A DNA stretch of 64,000 nt from an uncultured Spirochaetota bacterium (GCA_963745235.1 CAVUXE010000052.1:96001-160000), one strand, 5' to 3'; counted from the first letter of the stretch, positions 30,167 to 39,852 are shown. Translations and numbers: made by a program. Notes: generated from the sequence alone by a model not told the origin.

Positions 30167-31331
30167 CGAAGTCCCTTCCCAGGATCACCGTGACATCGAC
30201 CGCCTGGTCCATCTGAGGGTCCGGCTTGGAGTAGATCCTGGTGCACTTGATGATATCAGCCACCTTTTTTGCGTCATCCAGCTTGCCCTTGCGATCAAGA
30301 ACCACTGTATTCTGATACTGGTCGTTGTCGGCGTTGCTCGCGGGCATGACCTCCATGTCATAGCTTTGCAGCAGGTCCCGTGCGCGCGTGGCCAGCCCGG
30401 GAGTCTTTGTGCCGTTCAGGACCTCCACCGTTATGGAGAGTGAATCAGGGGCCACGAACTCGCTGGAGGCGTTCGCGGCAACAGCCTGTTTCACCGCTTG
30501 TTTCAGGAGCTCCCCCTCCTGGTGGGGGAAGAGAAGGTCACGGCCGTCCACGGCGCGGGTGGTGCCAAGGACCCGCTGCAGCACCATGCGCTCGGAATCG
30601 AAGCGGCCCATCTCCTGCACAAAAGAGGCGAGGGCGCGGAGGGAAAGGTTGGTTCGCACGATCGAGCGGAGGACCCGGAGGGAGGGACGCTGGAGGAGGA
30701 AGGCATTCTTTTCACCCAGCCCCTTCAACAGGGATTGGAGAAACTTCTGCCGCCTGCCGATCATGTCCGCGTCGGTCTCCAGCGGGTCCACATAGCTGAT
30801 GTATTCCCGGGCCTTCTCCCCGTCCAGGACCACGCTGCCGGAAGGCAGCAGCACCCGCTTCCCGTCACGCGTGAGGTCCACCGCGTTCGGGATGAACACA
30901 TCCACGCCGCCGATGAGGTCAACCAGCTTCCCGACGTCGTCGCCGCCGATGTCTATGACACAGGAAATCCCCACGCCCAGAAGGTTCTCGATCCTGGATT
31001 TCAGCTCCGCCGGGTTTGACCGTCGGTAGAGCGCATCCAGGCCGTCAACCTTGTTGAGCCGGGGGATGACGCCGCCAAGGTTTGCCGGCACGTAGAAGAG
31101 CGATCCCTTGCGGGTATCCGGCGTATAGAAGAACACCTCGAAAAACTGCGCCCTCTCACCATCTGAGAAGATGAACAGGGTGTTCAGGGGAAGCTTCTTC
31201 TTCAAGGCATCCGTGATCTGATCAACGCGAAGCTGAAGGTACGCGTACACGGCGGAGGCGGCGATGACAAGGACGATGAGGGCCAGGAGGATCACGCTGC
31301 GGTCCGGCTTGCGGCTTCTTCTCTCAAGCAT
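30144..31331 (-). CDS. LCP-family protein with LytR_C domain
   Basis: N-terminal TM; LVDLIGGV; LDGEKA; R.QKF; VEVLNGT..PGLA; DVTVILGRDF. Confidence 0.88.
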   Translation of the reverse strand: MLERRSRKPDRSVILLALIVLVIAASAVYAYLQLRVDQITDALKKKLPLNTLFIFSDGERAQFFEVFFYTPDTRKGSLFYVPANLGGVIPRLNKVDGLDALYRRSNPAELKSRIENLLGVGISCVIDIGGDDVGKLVDLIGGVDVFIPNAVDLTRDGKRVLLPSGSVVLDGEKAREYISYVDPLETDADMIGRRQKFLQSLLKGLGEKNAFLLQRPSLRVLRSIVRTNLSLRALASFVQEMGRFDSERMVLQRVLGTTRAVDGRDLLFPHQEGELLKQAVKQAVAANASSEFVAPDSLSITVEVLNGTKTPGLATRARDLLQSYDMEVMPASNADNDQYQNTVVLDRKGKLDDAKKVADIIKCTRIYSKPDPQMDQAVDVTVILGRDFDGRFVKQ

Positions 31332-31902
31332 TCCGAGTGAGCTCCTCGTGCAGGGCCTTCGCGGCGGGGGCTATCTCCCGCGACTGGGCGCGCACGTGAT
31401 GAATCTTCCTTTCCAGAACGGCGAGCACCATCTCGTCGAGGCTCAGCGCGAGAGTCCGCCGTCGGAACTCCGGGGACACGAACTCCCGCGTCGGCTCAAG
31501 GTAGTCTGCCGCAAAGACGATCTTGGAAAGGTTTCCCATCCCCGCGCGACCCGTGATGTGGTCCCGGATGGCATCCAGGGCAACGGGGTCGGAATAGCCG
31601 GTGTCCTTCTGAAGTATTGCCGCCCCGGCTCGACCGTGGAGGAGCAGGGGGTTCTCACGCTCCCAGGAGGCCAGGGGCAGACCATCGCCCTCGCACAAGA
31701 GCAGTATCTCGGAGGTCTCCAGCTCGCGTCCCAGGTCGTGACACATTCCCGCGATGTACCCCTTTTCTTCGTCCACGTGGAAGCGGTCGCAGAGCTCGCA
31801 GCTCAGCCGGGCAACCTCGCGGGAGTGGGAAAGCCGGGGCCGTGAGAGGCTGGCCTCCGCGAGCGCCGCGGCCCGGGAACGCCACACATTCCTTTCATCC
31901 AT
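31324..31902 (-). CDS. yqeK: HD-domain Ap4A hydrolase YqeK
   Basis: R.SHS..VA; HD; LLHG; AI.DH.TG; ADYLEP.R; follows nadD. Confidence 0.88.
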   Translation of the reverse strand: MDERNVWRSRAAALAEASLSRPRLSHSREVARLSCELCDRFHVDEEKGYIAGMCHDLGRELETSEILLLCEGDGLPLASWERENPLLLHGRAGAAILQKDTGYSDPVALDAIRDHITGRAGMGNLSKIVFAADYLEPTREFVSPEFRRRTLALSLDEMVLAVLERKIHHVRAQSREIAPAAKALHEELTRNA

Positions 31903-32464
31903 ACAGCTTGTTCGCCTTTATGTAGTCCAGCACTCCGTCGGGAAGAAGGAAGCGCACCGAGTGACCCTCGGAAATCCGGCGGCGGATCTCTGAGGAGGAT
32001 ATGGGGAGGATCGTGTTGGACACCACACGGTGAGGATACTCCAACGGCAAATCCCCGGCCATAGTTCTGCGCGCCACGAAAAGGTCCACCATCCGCGACA
32101 GCCTCTGGGCGTCCTTCCACGACGGGAAGCCTTCCACGAGGTCATCCCCGATCAGGAACCCCGGCTTCTCTTTCAGGCCCAGCCTGTCCACGAGCTCCTC
32201 CACGGTATCTATGGAGTATGAGGGTCCGCCTCGCTTGATCTCGCTCTCCACGACTCGAAACTCGGGATATCCCCTCACGGCCCGGCGGAGCATCTCCAGG
32301 CGGTGCACGGCGGGCAGGATTGGGGACGGGTCTTTGTGAACGGGCTGGTTCGCCGGGACGAAGATGGCCGCGTCATAGCCGAAAGCGCTCCTCACCTCTT
32401 CCGCGACAAAGAGATGTCCAAAGTGAACCGGGTTGAAGGTGCCGCCCAATATGACCGCTCTCAC
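31895..32464 (-). CDS. nadD: Nicotinate-nucleotide adenylyltransferase
   Basis: GGTFNPVHFGHL; SYSIDT; IGDD; ISSSEIR. Confidence 0.96.
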   Translation of the reverse strand: MRAVILGGTFNPVHFGHLFVAEEVRSAFGYDAAIFVPANQPVHKDPSPILPAVHRLEMLRRAVRGYPEFRVVESEIKRGGPSYSIDTVEELVDRLGLKEKPGFLIGDDLVEGFPSWKDAQRLSRMVDLFVARRTMAGDLPLEYPHRVVSNTILPISSSEIRRRISEGHSVRFLLPDGVLDYIKANKLYG

Positions 32465-33501
32465 GAGCGACCCCCCGGGCCCTCGGTTCGCGAAACTGCT
32501 CCCGCCTGCTGCCTGCCGGCCTCTCCGACCAGGCCGAGAATGGCTTTCTTCAGCTCCACGATCCCCGTGCGCGCGAAGGCAGAAACAGTCAGGATCCTGT
32601 CGCCGGGGAAGGCCTTCTGGAGGGCAGCAAGGCCGTCCGCGGCAGTTTCCATGTCTCCCTTTGTCCCGACGATCAAGCGGGGCCGGGATGCCAGCTCCTT
32701 CGAGTAGAGGGCGAGCTCCTTTTCAAGGGTTGCCACCGCGGACGGACAGTCAGTGCCGCCGAGGTCCACGAGGAAAAGCAGGGCAGCGCACCGCTCGATA
32801 TGTCTCAGGAATCGGAGGCCCAGCCCGCGCCCCTGCGACGCCCCGTCGATTATGCCGGGGATGTCGGCAAGGATGAGATCCCGTTCCGCGAGCCGAAGCA
32901 GCCCGAGGTTGGGAGTCTTGGTCGTAAAGGGGTAGTCCGCGATAAGCGGGTGCGCGTTTGTGAGCAGGGAAAGAAGGGTTGATTTTCCAGCGTTGGGCAG
33001 GCCCACGAATCCCACGTCTGCGATGAGGTGAAGCTCCACCCGTACCTCGCGGCTTTCACCTTCCACGCCCTTCTGCGCATAGCGCGGGGCCTGGTTGATC
33101 GAGGTCGCGTAGTGCGAGTTGCCTTTCCCCCCGCGGCCGCCGCGCAGGAAGATGAAGCGGTCCCCATCCCGCGTGAGGTCAGCGAGGAGCTCGTTGGACT
33201 CCTTGTCCCGAACGATTGTGCCGGGAGGAACGGCGATCTCGACATCCCGGCCGTCCTTGCCGAACATGCGCTGCCCGGCCCCGCGCTTGCCGTCTTCCGC
33301 CTTGAACACCCGCTTGAGCTTGAGGTGGGAAAGGGTTTTCAGGTTCGACCTGACCGCAAAGACGACGTTCCCTCCCCTTCCTCCGTCACCGCCGTCCGGT
33401 CCGCCCCGCGGAACGTACTTTTCACGGCGAAAGGAGACCGCCCCGTCGCCACCGCTGCCGGACGAGACGACAATTGTTGTCTCATCCACGAAGCCGTTCA
33501 C
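32461..33501 (-). CDS. obgE: GTPase Obg
   Basis: FRREKYVPRGGPDGGDGG; GLPNAGKST; YPFTT; DIPG. Confidence 0.98.
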   Translation of the reverse strand: MNGFVDETTIVVSSGSGGDGAVSFRREKYVPRGGPDGGDGGRGGNVVFAVRSNLKTLSHLKLKRVFKAEDGKRGAGQRMFGKDGRDVEIAVPPGTIVRDKESNELLADLTRDGDRFIFLRGGRGGKGNSHYATSINQAPRYAQKGVEGESREVRVELHLIADVGFVGLPNAGKSTLLSLLTNAHPLIADYPFTTKTPNLGLLRLAERDLILADIPGIIDGASQGRGLGLRFLRHIERCAALLFLVDLGGTDCPSAVATLEKELALYSKELASRPRLIVGTKGDMETAADGLAALQKAFPGDRILTVSAFARTGIVELKKAILGLVGEAGRQQAGAVSRTEGPGGRS

Positions 33502-33507
33502 AAGGGC

Positions 33508-33762
33508 TCAGCTCTGCGTGGGGTGGATGGCGACGAAGCTCCTTCCCTTTCTTGTGTGAAACACGACCTGGCCGTCCGAGAGAGCGAAGAGGGTGTCATC
33601 ACTCCCCCGCCCCACCAGGTCCCCGGGGTGGAACTTCGTACCCCTCTGGCGGACGATGATGGTGCCCGCCGTCACCTGCTGTCCGGCGTACCGCTTGATC
33701 CCCAGCCTCTTGGCCTGCGAATCTCGTCCGTTCTTTGCCGCTCCGCCCTTCTTGCGACCCAT
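33508..33762 (-). CDS. rpmA: 50S ribosomal protein L27 (no N-terminal extension)
   Basis: KKGG..KNGRDS.AKRLG; [13 protein letters not shown]. Confidence 0.98.
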   Translation of the reverse strand: MGRKKGGAAKNGRDSQAKRLGIKRYAGQQVTAGTIIVRQRGTKFHPGDLVGRGSDDTLFALSDGQVVFHTRKGRSFVAIHPTQS

Positions 33763-33763
33763 T

Positions 33764-34096
33764 TCAATCCTCCGTCATTTCTACCCGAAGAGCGATCTGA
33801 TCCGGGAACTCTGTCTGCAGATCGCTCATTCCACGCACCAGGAAATCCGTCACACCCCGCAGCCACTCGCCCCTTCCCTCCCCGTCGTCTCTCAGGACCA
33901 TGGCCATGTCTCCCGGTGGGCCTTTCGACCCGCCGGCCACGACGCCCCGGGCCGTGCACACCCGGCCGGTTGTGCGAAGGAGCGCGGTTGCCGCGGCGCA
34001 CGCTATGTTCCTCCCCAGGTCCCCTCCGGTGTGCCCCTGCGCCTTGAATCCGCGAAGGAGCTGGTCCCTCGAAACCTGGAGCAGGATCCGCAACAC
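33764..34096 (-). CDS. Ribosomal-processing cysteine protease Prp-like
   Basis: GH...IACAA catalytic dyad; located between rplU and rpmA. Confidence 0.8.
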   Translation of the reverse strand: MLRILLQVSRDQLLRGFKAQGHTGGDLGRNIACAAATALLRTTGRVCTARGVVAGGSKGPPGDMAMVLRDDGEGRGEWLRGVTDFLVRGMSDLQTEFPDQIALRVEMTED

Positions 34097-34101
34097 CGCC
34101 G

Positions 34102-34419
34102 CTACGTCAGGCCGTTGATGGCCTCTACCGTGATCAGGGAAAACTCCCGCCGGTGGCCGTAGCGCCGGCGATAGTTCTTCTTCTTCTTGTACTTGCCGAA
34201 CACCAGCTTGCGGTCACGCCCGTGATCCGTCACCACGGCGTGCACGCTGGCGCCGGCGAGGTACGGGCTGCCGATCCGCGCCTTGTCTCCGTCCGAGACC
34301 ATGAGCACCGAGGGGAAGTCGATCGCGCTTCCTTTTTCCTGGACAACGTGGTCTACCTTGAGAACGCTGCCCGGTTCCACCTTGTACTGCTTGCCGAGAA
34401 TGTCCACGAGAGCATACAT
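34102..34419 (-). CDS. rplU: 50S ribosomal protein L21
   Basis: MYALVDILGKQYKV; IGSPY; KYKKKKNYRRRYGHR. Confidence 0.97.
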   Translation of the reverse strand: MYALVDILGKQYKVEPGSVLKVDHVVQEKGSAIDFPSVLMVSDGDKARIGSPYLAGASVHAVVTDHGRDRKLVFGKYKKKKNYRRRYGHRREFSLITVEAINGLT

Positions 34420-34527
34420 GTTCGTCAACCTCTGATAGCGCGGCCGCCCCGCGCCGACATCACATCACGAGCTTCACCACGGACGCCCGCTCCCGGGCGC
34501 TACGGATTGCCGTGAGATTCAGCGGCT

Positions 34528-34557
34528 ACACTAACTGCTTTGGGTGCTGCTGGTCAA
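34528..34557 (-). promoter_or_regulatory. Promoter of the rplU-prp-rpmA-obg operon
   Basis: TTGACC-18nt-TAGTGT, about 110 nt upstream of rplU. Confidence 0.55.
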
Positions 34558-34612
34558 GTACTGCGTCGGGCGGATGTCGGGCGGGCTGCCTGCGTCGGGC
34601 AAGGGCGGGTTG

Positions 34613-35071
34613 TCAGTTCTCCTCGTCGGAGGCGGTCATGAGGAACTTGAGCTCCTCCGGGGACACCATGTGCTCTTCTTCGGGTGCGCCCTGCCCGCGG
34701 CCCGCAAGAAGCTCCCTGATCTCCGCGATGTCCTTCTCATGAGAGTCGCGAATGGCGCGCAGCCGTTCCGTCGAATCCGCCACGTGCTGCGCAAAGGGCA
34801 CACGCTTGCCCAGGAGCCCGTCGATTGCTTCGATGAAGGCCCTCTTCACCTTCTGGATCTCCCGCAGGTGCTCCTGGCGTTTGACGAACAGGGAGCTCGC
34901 GGCAAGGCTCTGGTACACTTTTGCAATCATCGCGTCAGCCCAGGCAATGTCTCCGAGGACCCTCTCGCGGAAGAACTCCGGATCTATCTCCAGCTTGAGG
35001 ATGTCTTGAAGGCAGCGCACCTGCAGGGCGAGGCTGAAGATATCGTCTTCGTAGTTGATCTTTCTGGTCAT
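34613..35071 (-). CDS. Hypothetical helical protein
   Basis: 152-aa ORF with host codon usage (KINYEDDIF...LEIDPEFF...VS.EEL.FL). Confidence 0.75.
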   Translation of the reverse strand: MTRKINYEDDIFSLALQVRCLQDILKLEIDPEFFRERVLGDIAWADAMIAKVYQSLAASSLFVKRQEHLREIQKVKRAFIEAIDGLLGKRVPFAQHVADSTERLRAIRDSHEKDIAEIRELLAGRGQGAPEEEHMVSPEELKFLMTASDEEN

Positions 35072-35117
35072 TGCTGTTGCTGTCTTATTGTGATGATCGG
35101 CGCGACCGTTCAGTCAC

Positions 35118-35145
35118 TTGACAGACTCCTCCCCCCGGCTATGGT
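35118..35145 (+). promoter_or_regulatory. Promoter of the rpsF operon
   Basis: TTGACA-16nt-TATGGT. Confidence 0.6.
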
Positions 35146-35187
35146 GCCTCGTGCATCGGCGCGGTATTCCCGCGCCCTGCTACAAGT

Positions 35188-35236
35188 ATATCCTCTTTGC
35201 TCGTCCTTGTGGCGAGCCGTCAGTCCAGAGGGAGGA
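35188..35236 (+). promoter_or_regulatory. S6:S18 ribosomal leader RNA
   Basis: TCCTCT pairs with the SD-containing AGAGGGA; inner GCTCG/CGAG hairpin followed by the CCG motif, directly 5' of rpsF. Confidence 0.7.
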
Positions 35237-35245
35237 ACGACAGGA

Positions 35246-35528
35246 ATGAAGGCTTACGAAGCAGTTGTGATCTTTTCGAGTGATGACGCCCAGTACCAGG
35301 CGGGGCGCGAGTTCCTGAAAAAGGAGTTCGAAGGCTCAGGGATCACCATCAAGAAAGAAGACGACATGGGGGACCGCCTGCTCGCCTACCCCGTGAGGAA
35401 GAACGACCGGGGCCATTACATCTGCTACCACATCGACAGCGCTGCCGGAGCCGCTCAAGACGCTTTCCAAGACCATGAAGCTGAGGCCGGAGATACTGAA
35501 ATACCTGTTTGTCCGCCAGGACAGCTAA
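35246..35528 (+). CDS. rpsF: 30S ribosomal protein S6 (frameshift near 35442)
   Basis: MKAYEAVVIF...MGDRLLAYPVRKNDRGHY; C-terminus ILKYLFVR in the next frame. Confidence 0.93.
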
Positions 35529-35546
35529 GCTCCCCGGGGAGACGGT

Positions 35547-35989
35547 ATGGCAGACATCAACCATGTAGTTCTCGTGGGCCGTCTGACCAGGAACGCGGAG
35601 CTCAAGTACACAAACAGCGGCGCCGCGGTCAGCAAGTTCAGCATCGCCATCAACCAGAGACGCAAGAAGGACGACCAGTGGGTGGATGAGTCCCACTTTT
35701 TCGACATCGTCCTCTGGGGAAAAACCGCGGAATCACTCAACCAGTACCTGGTCAAGGGAAAGCAGGTCGGAATCGAGGGCCAGCTTCGCCAGGACCGGTG
35801 GGAGCAGGAAGGCCAGTCCCGAAGCAGGGTGGAGATCTTTGCCACGAACGTCATGCTTCTTGGAGGCGGCGGGAGGGGCCAGGGGGCGGTCGCCAGGCCG
35901 GGCCGGCCCCTGAATCGAAGGGCGGAGGAGGGGGAGATTTCCCCGAAGCTCCTCCCCGCGAGAATTTTGAGGACGATATCCCATTCTAG
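35547..35989 (+). CDS. ssb: Single-stranded DNA-binding protein (frameshift in linker)
   Basis: INHVVLVGRLTRNAELKYT; KGKQVGIEGQL; FEDDIPF tail in the second frame. Confidence 0.95.
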
Positions 35990-36011
35990 ATGAGAGAGAG
36001 GACGGAAGCAT

Positions 36012-36431
36012 ATGTCGGATAACCAGGAAAATACTGCAAATCGGGCTCCGCGCCCCGCGGAGGGCGGTCCTGTCGGAGACAGGGGCGGGGATCGTCCGGA
36101 AGGCGGCCCGGGTCCCCGGCGGGAAGGCGGCTATCGCCCGGATTCGGACAGGGGCGGTCCGCGCGGTGACAGGGGGGATCGCGGCGAACGGGGCGGCTTC
36201 GCCGGCCGCGGACGGCACAAGACGTTCTTCAAGCGGAAGGTGTGCAAGTTCTGCATCAAGAAGGCCACCATCGACTGGAAGGACGCGGGAGGCCTGAAGC
36301 GCTTCACGTCGGAGCGCGGAAAGATCATGCCGCGCAGGATCACGGGGACATGCGCCAAGCACCAGAGAGAGCTTGCGCGCGCCATCAAGCGCGCCCGAAG
36401 CCTCGCCCTTCTTCCCTACGTGTCGAAATAG
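36012..36431 (+). CDS. rpsR: 30S ribosomal protein S18 with long RG-rich N-terminal extension
   Basis: KVCKFC; IDWKD; [25 protein letters not shown]. Confidence 0.96.
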   Translation: MSDNQENTANRAPRPAEGGPVGDRGGDRPEGGPGPRREGGYRPDSDRGGPRGDRGDRGERGGFAGRGRHKTFFKRKVCKFCIKKATIDWKDAGGLKRFTSERGKIMPRRITGTCAKHQRELARAIKRARSLALLPYVSK

Positions 36432-36466
36432 GGGCCTGGGCAGAAACCTTTCCGGCCCAGAGTCGA

Positions 36467-37534
36467 ATGCTCCAGAGATCCGCGGGGGGACGTTTCCTCG
36501 AAGTATTCCTCTTCACGCTCTCGTCGCTCGTCCTGTACCACATCGGGATCGGCGTCGGGGTGTTCCTCATTCCCTTGCAGGTCGTGGCGTCGCGACGCGG
36601 TGAAAACACCCTGCTCGCCGCGTGCGGGCTTTTCCTGCTTGTTTTTCTTGCCCTGCGTTTTCTTCCGTTTCTCGGGGGGCAGCTGCAACCGGATGTTCTC
36701 ACGATTGTTGAGATCATTTTTGTTCTTTCCCTCCTTCTCGGTCTTCTTGCTTGTGAACCTCCCCTGCGCGCAGGGCAGCGAACCCTCTTCAGGCTCCTGG
36801 GGGTGACCGCAGTTGCGGGTCTGGCCGCCATTCCCCTGGCCGTCTGGTTGGCGAGGAACGCCCAGTTCCAGGCTGCAATGGGGACCGCTTTCACTGAAGT
36901 GTCGCGGATGCTCACCTCCCTGTTCACGGGCGAAGCGGAAACGACGGCAGACCCCGCGCTCGCCGCAATCCTGCTTCCCCGTCCGCCCTTCAAAAGATGT
37001 CGAGTGCATATCTTTCCCGGAGCCTCCTGGCATTCTATTTCGCCTGCTCTCATTTTCCTGGTGGGCGGGACAGACCTCAGCGTCGCGTGCGGCGTGGGCC
37101 AGCGCAGAGGCGGTTTCGATTTTGCGGATTTCCGCCTGGAGGGCTTCTGGCTGTGGCCCTTGATCGCCGCCTGGGCCCTCATCCTGCTGGATCTTTTCCT
37201 GCACGCGCAGGGCTTCGGGCGGGCTGCGTCCGGCACGTCGCAGGGGATGACGGCGGACAGCGGAAGCCCCTTCTGGATCTACTGCGCATGGAACGTGGGC
37301 CTTGTCGTACTGATTCTCTACGGGCTCCAGGGGCTCTCCATCCTGCGCTTTCTTTTCGAAAAGCATGGTCTCCCGCGCCTTCTCTGGCTGATCCTCCTGG
37401 TCGGGCTGATTGCGCTTGCCGCGTCGCCGAAGGCAGGATTACTGGTCATCGTGGCGCTTCCCGCGTTCGGCGTGTCGGAGAACTGGATACGATACCGCAT
37501 TGCGGCAGAAAGAGAGCCGAATGCATCAGAGTGA
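36467..37534 (+). CDS. DUF2232/YybS-family membrane protein
   Basis: Multi-TM; N..L....LYGLQGL; G..E.WI.YR; located between rpsR and rplI. Confidence 0.75.
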   Translation: MLQRSAGGRFLEVFLFTLSSLVLYHIGIGVGVFLIPLQVVASRRGENTLLAACGLFLLVFLALRFLPFLGGQLQPDVLTIVEIIFVLSLLLGLLACEPPLRAGQRTLFRLLGVTAVAGLAAIPLAVWLARNAQFQAAMGTAFTEVSRMLTSLFTGEAETTADPALAAILLPRPPFKRCRVHIFPGASWHSISPALIFLVGGTDLSVACGVGQRRGGFDFADFRLEGFWLWPLIAAWALILLDLFLHAQGFGRAASGTSQGMTADSGSPFWIYCAWNVGLVVLILYGLQGLSILRFLFEKHGLPRLLWLILLVGLIALAASPKAGLLVIVALPAFGVSENWIRYRIAAEREPNASE

Positions 37535-37591
37535 AAAAGACTCCGCGGCAACGGCCGCGGCAAGGCATTCAACTGAAAGGAGAAGACCGGC

Positions 37592-38194
37592 ATGAAGGTG
37601 ATTCTCAACCAGGACGTCATAGGACTCGGTGAAGAGGGCGACATCAAGGACGTGGCCAACGGCTACGCCCGCAATTTCCTCCTCCCGAAGAAGCTCGCCG
37701 TTCTCCACACGCGGCAGAACCTCGCCATGCTCGAGCACAGGCGGACGGCAATCGAAAACAGGAAAGAAGAGAAGAGGAAAGAGGCGCAGGGCCTTCGCGA
37801 GCGGCTCGAAGCCCAGGAGATCAAGTTCGCCGTGCCCGCCGGAGAGAACGGCAAGCTCTTCGGTTCCGTGAACAATACCCTTGTCGCCGTGGAGCTCGAG
37901 AAGAAAGGCTTCCAGATCGAGAAGAAGCGCATCGAGATCCCGGAGCACACCATCAGGGCCGTCGGGATATACAAGGTGAAGGTGAAGCTGTACGACAAGG
38001 AAGAGGCGGTGATCAAGCTGATCGTCGAAGGGGCCGCCCAACCGGGGGCCGCGCCGGCGGAGGCCAAGCCCCGGCAGAGAAGGACACGAGCGACCCCAGA
38101 GCCCGCCGCTGCGTCGGAGCAGGCTGGTCCGGCGGCGCCGCCGGCCGCGCCGCCGGCCGCCGAGCAGCCCTCTGAGAAGGCCGACACGAAGTAG
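37592..38194 (+). CDS. rplI: 50S ribosomal protein L9
   Basis: MKVILNQDV.GLG..GDI.DVANGYARNFLLP; GKLFGSV. Confidence 0.98.
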   Translation: MKVILNQDVIGLGEEGDIKDVANGYARNFLLPKKLAVLHTRQNLAMLEHRRTAIENRKEEKRKEAQGLRERLEAQEIKFAVPAGENGKLFGSVNNTLVAVELEKKGFQIEKKRIEIPEHTIRAVGIYKVKVKLYDKEEAVIKLIVEGAAQPGAAPAEAKPRQRRTRATPEPAAASEQAGPAAPPAAPPAAEQPSEKADTK

Positions 38195-38222
38195 AGGGGC
38201 CCGGCCCCAGGAGGCGGATGCC

Positions 38223-39551
38223 GTGAGCGGGGCAATGAATCCCGTCAACCTCAGGGATGCCGTTCCGTCCCACAACGAGGAGGCGGAGCTGGCGACCCTC
38301 GGCGCCGTGCTGATAGACTCCGAGGCGCTGTCCTCCGTCGTCCACCTGGTGCGCTCGGAGGACTTCTACAAGGGCGCGCACCAGCGAATCTATGAGGCCA
38401 TCCTCTCTCTGTTCGACAGAGGTCAGTCCATTGACCTCATTACCCTTGCGGAGGAGCTGCGCGCCCGCGGCACCCTGGAGCAGTGCGGAGGCGCGGCCTA
38501 CGTCTCTCGCCTCACCTCCTCCGTCCCGACAAGCGCAAACGTCGAGTACTACGCCCGCATCGTCCAGGCCGCCAGCATTCGCCGGACCCTTGCACGCGTC
38601 TCCCAGGAGATCATCGCCCAGGCCCATGACAATTCCGCGGAAATCAGCGTCATCCTGGAGGAAGCGGAGAGAAGGATCTTCGAGATCTCGGACCGCAACC
38701 AGACCGGGACCTACTATCCCGCCAAGGAGATCGTCAAACAGACCTTCGACGCCATCGAGAAGCACTACCACTCGAAGACCGAGTACACGGGGATCCCATC
38801 CGGGTTCAAGGATCTGGACCAGCTGACAATGGGCTTCCAGAACTCCGAGTTCATCGTCATCGGCGCCCGCCCCTCCGTCGGGAAAACCGCTTTTGCCCTC
38901 ACCATCGCCGCCAACATGGCCATCCGGCAGAAGATTCCCGTTGGCTTCTTTTCCCTTGAAATGTCCAGCATGGCAATCATGCAGCGCCTCCTCAGCATGG
39001 AGGCCCGGCTGGATTCGCAGCGGATGCGCACGGGGATGCTCAGCCCGGCGGATTTCAGCCGCATCACGGAGGCGTGCGGAAGGCTCTACGAGGCGCCGCT
39101 GTACATCAGCGATTCACCGGACCTGAAGCTCCTGGACCTGCGCGCGCAGGCGCGGAGAATGAAGAGCCACCAGGACGTGAAGATCATCTTCGTGGACTAC
39201 ATCACGCTGATCGGGTCCGAGAACAGGGAGCTGCCGCGGCATGAGCAGATTGCGGAGGTCTCGCGGTCCCTCAAGGCACTGGCCAGGGAGCTGAACCTCC
39301 CCGTCATTGCCCTTTCGCAGGTCCGCCGTGAGACGGAAGGGAAGAAGCCCAACCTTGCCGACCTGAGGGAGTCCGGCTCCATCGAGCAGGATGCGGATGT
39401 CGTCATCTTCCTTCACACGGAGGACCTGAAGGCGGAAGTTCGGGAGATTGCCGTCGCCAAGCAGAGAAACGGGCCCGTCGGTGACCTTGCCCTGGCGTTC
39501 CTGGCGAAGTACACTAAGTTCGAGGCGTTGGAGCGAGGATCCGGCCTGTAG
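38223..39551 (+). CDS. dnaB: Replicative DNA helicase
   Basis: GARPSVGKT; FSLEMS; DYI.L; DLRESGSIEQDAD; KQRNGP. Confidence 0.98.
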   Translation: MSGAMNPVNLRDAVPSHNEEAELATLGAVLIDSEALSSVVHLVRSEDFYKGAHQRIYEAILSLFDRGQSIDLITLAEELRARGTLEQCGGAAYVSRLTSSVPTSANVEYYARIVQAASIRRTLARVSQEIIAQAHDNSAEISVILEEAERRIFEISDRNQTGTYYPAKEIVKQTFDAIEKHYHSKTEYTGIPSGFKDLDQLTMGFQNSEFIVIGARPSVGKTAFALTIAANMAIRQKIPVGFFSLEMSSMAIMQRLLSMEARLDSQRMRTGMLSPADFSRITEACGRLYEAPLYISDSPDLKLLDLRAQARRMKSHQDVKIIFVDYITLIGSENRELPRHEQIAEVSRSLKALARELNLPVIALSQVRRETEGKKPNLADLRESGSIEQDADVVIFLHTEDLKAEVREIAVAKQRNGPVGDLALAFLAKYTKFEALERGSGL

Positions 39552-39561
39552 GTTGAATGCA

Positions 39562-39852
39562 ATGGCTTTGAAAGACACGTACGATTTCGACATGCTGGTG
39601 AACGAGGCGGAGGGCCTTGTCCTGACGGAGCTGGAAGCGCAGATGTCCCGCAGCAAGGGGCTGTGCACATGCCAGGACTGCGTGCTGGACATGGCGGCGT
39701 ACGCATTGAACAAGGTGAGGCCATCATACAGGGCATCCCTGATGGGCAGCGTGTACGCAAAGGGGGCGGCCCGGCCGGACTACCTGCGGGAGATCTCGGT
39801 GGCCGTCCGGGAAGCAGTGGAGAAAATACGGGCCAACCCGTCACACGACTAG
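39562..39852 (+). CDS. ComFB-family protein
   Basis: N..E; C.C..C..D..A.ALN...P.Y; P.H C-terminus. Confidence 0.85.
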   Translation: MALKDTYDFDMLVNEAEGLVLTELEAQMSRSKGLCTCQDCVLDMAAYALNKVRPSYRASLMGSVYAKGAARPDYLREISVAVREAVEKIRANPSHD

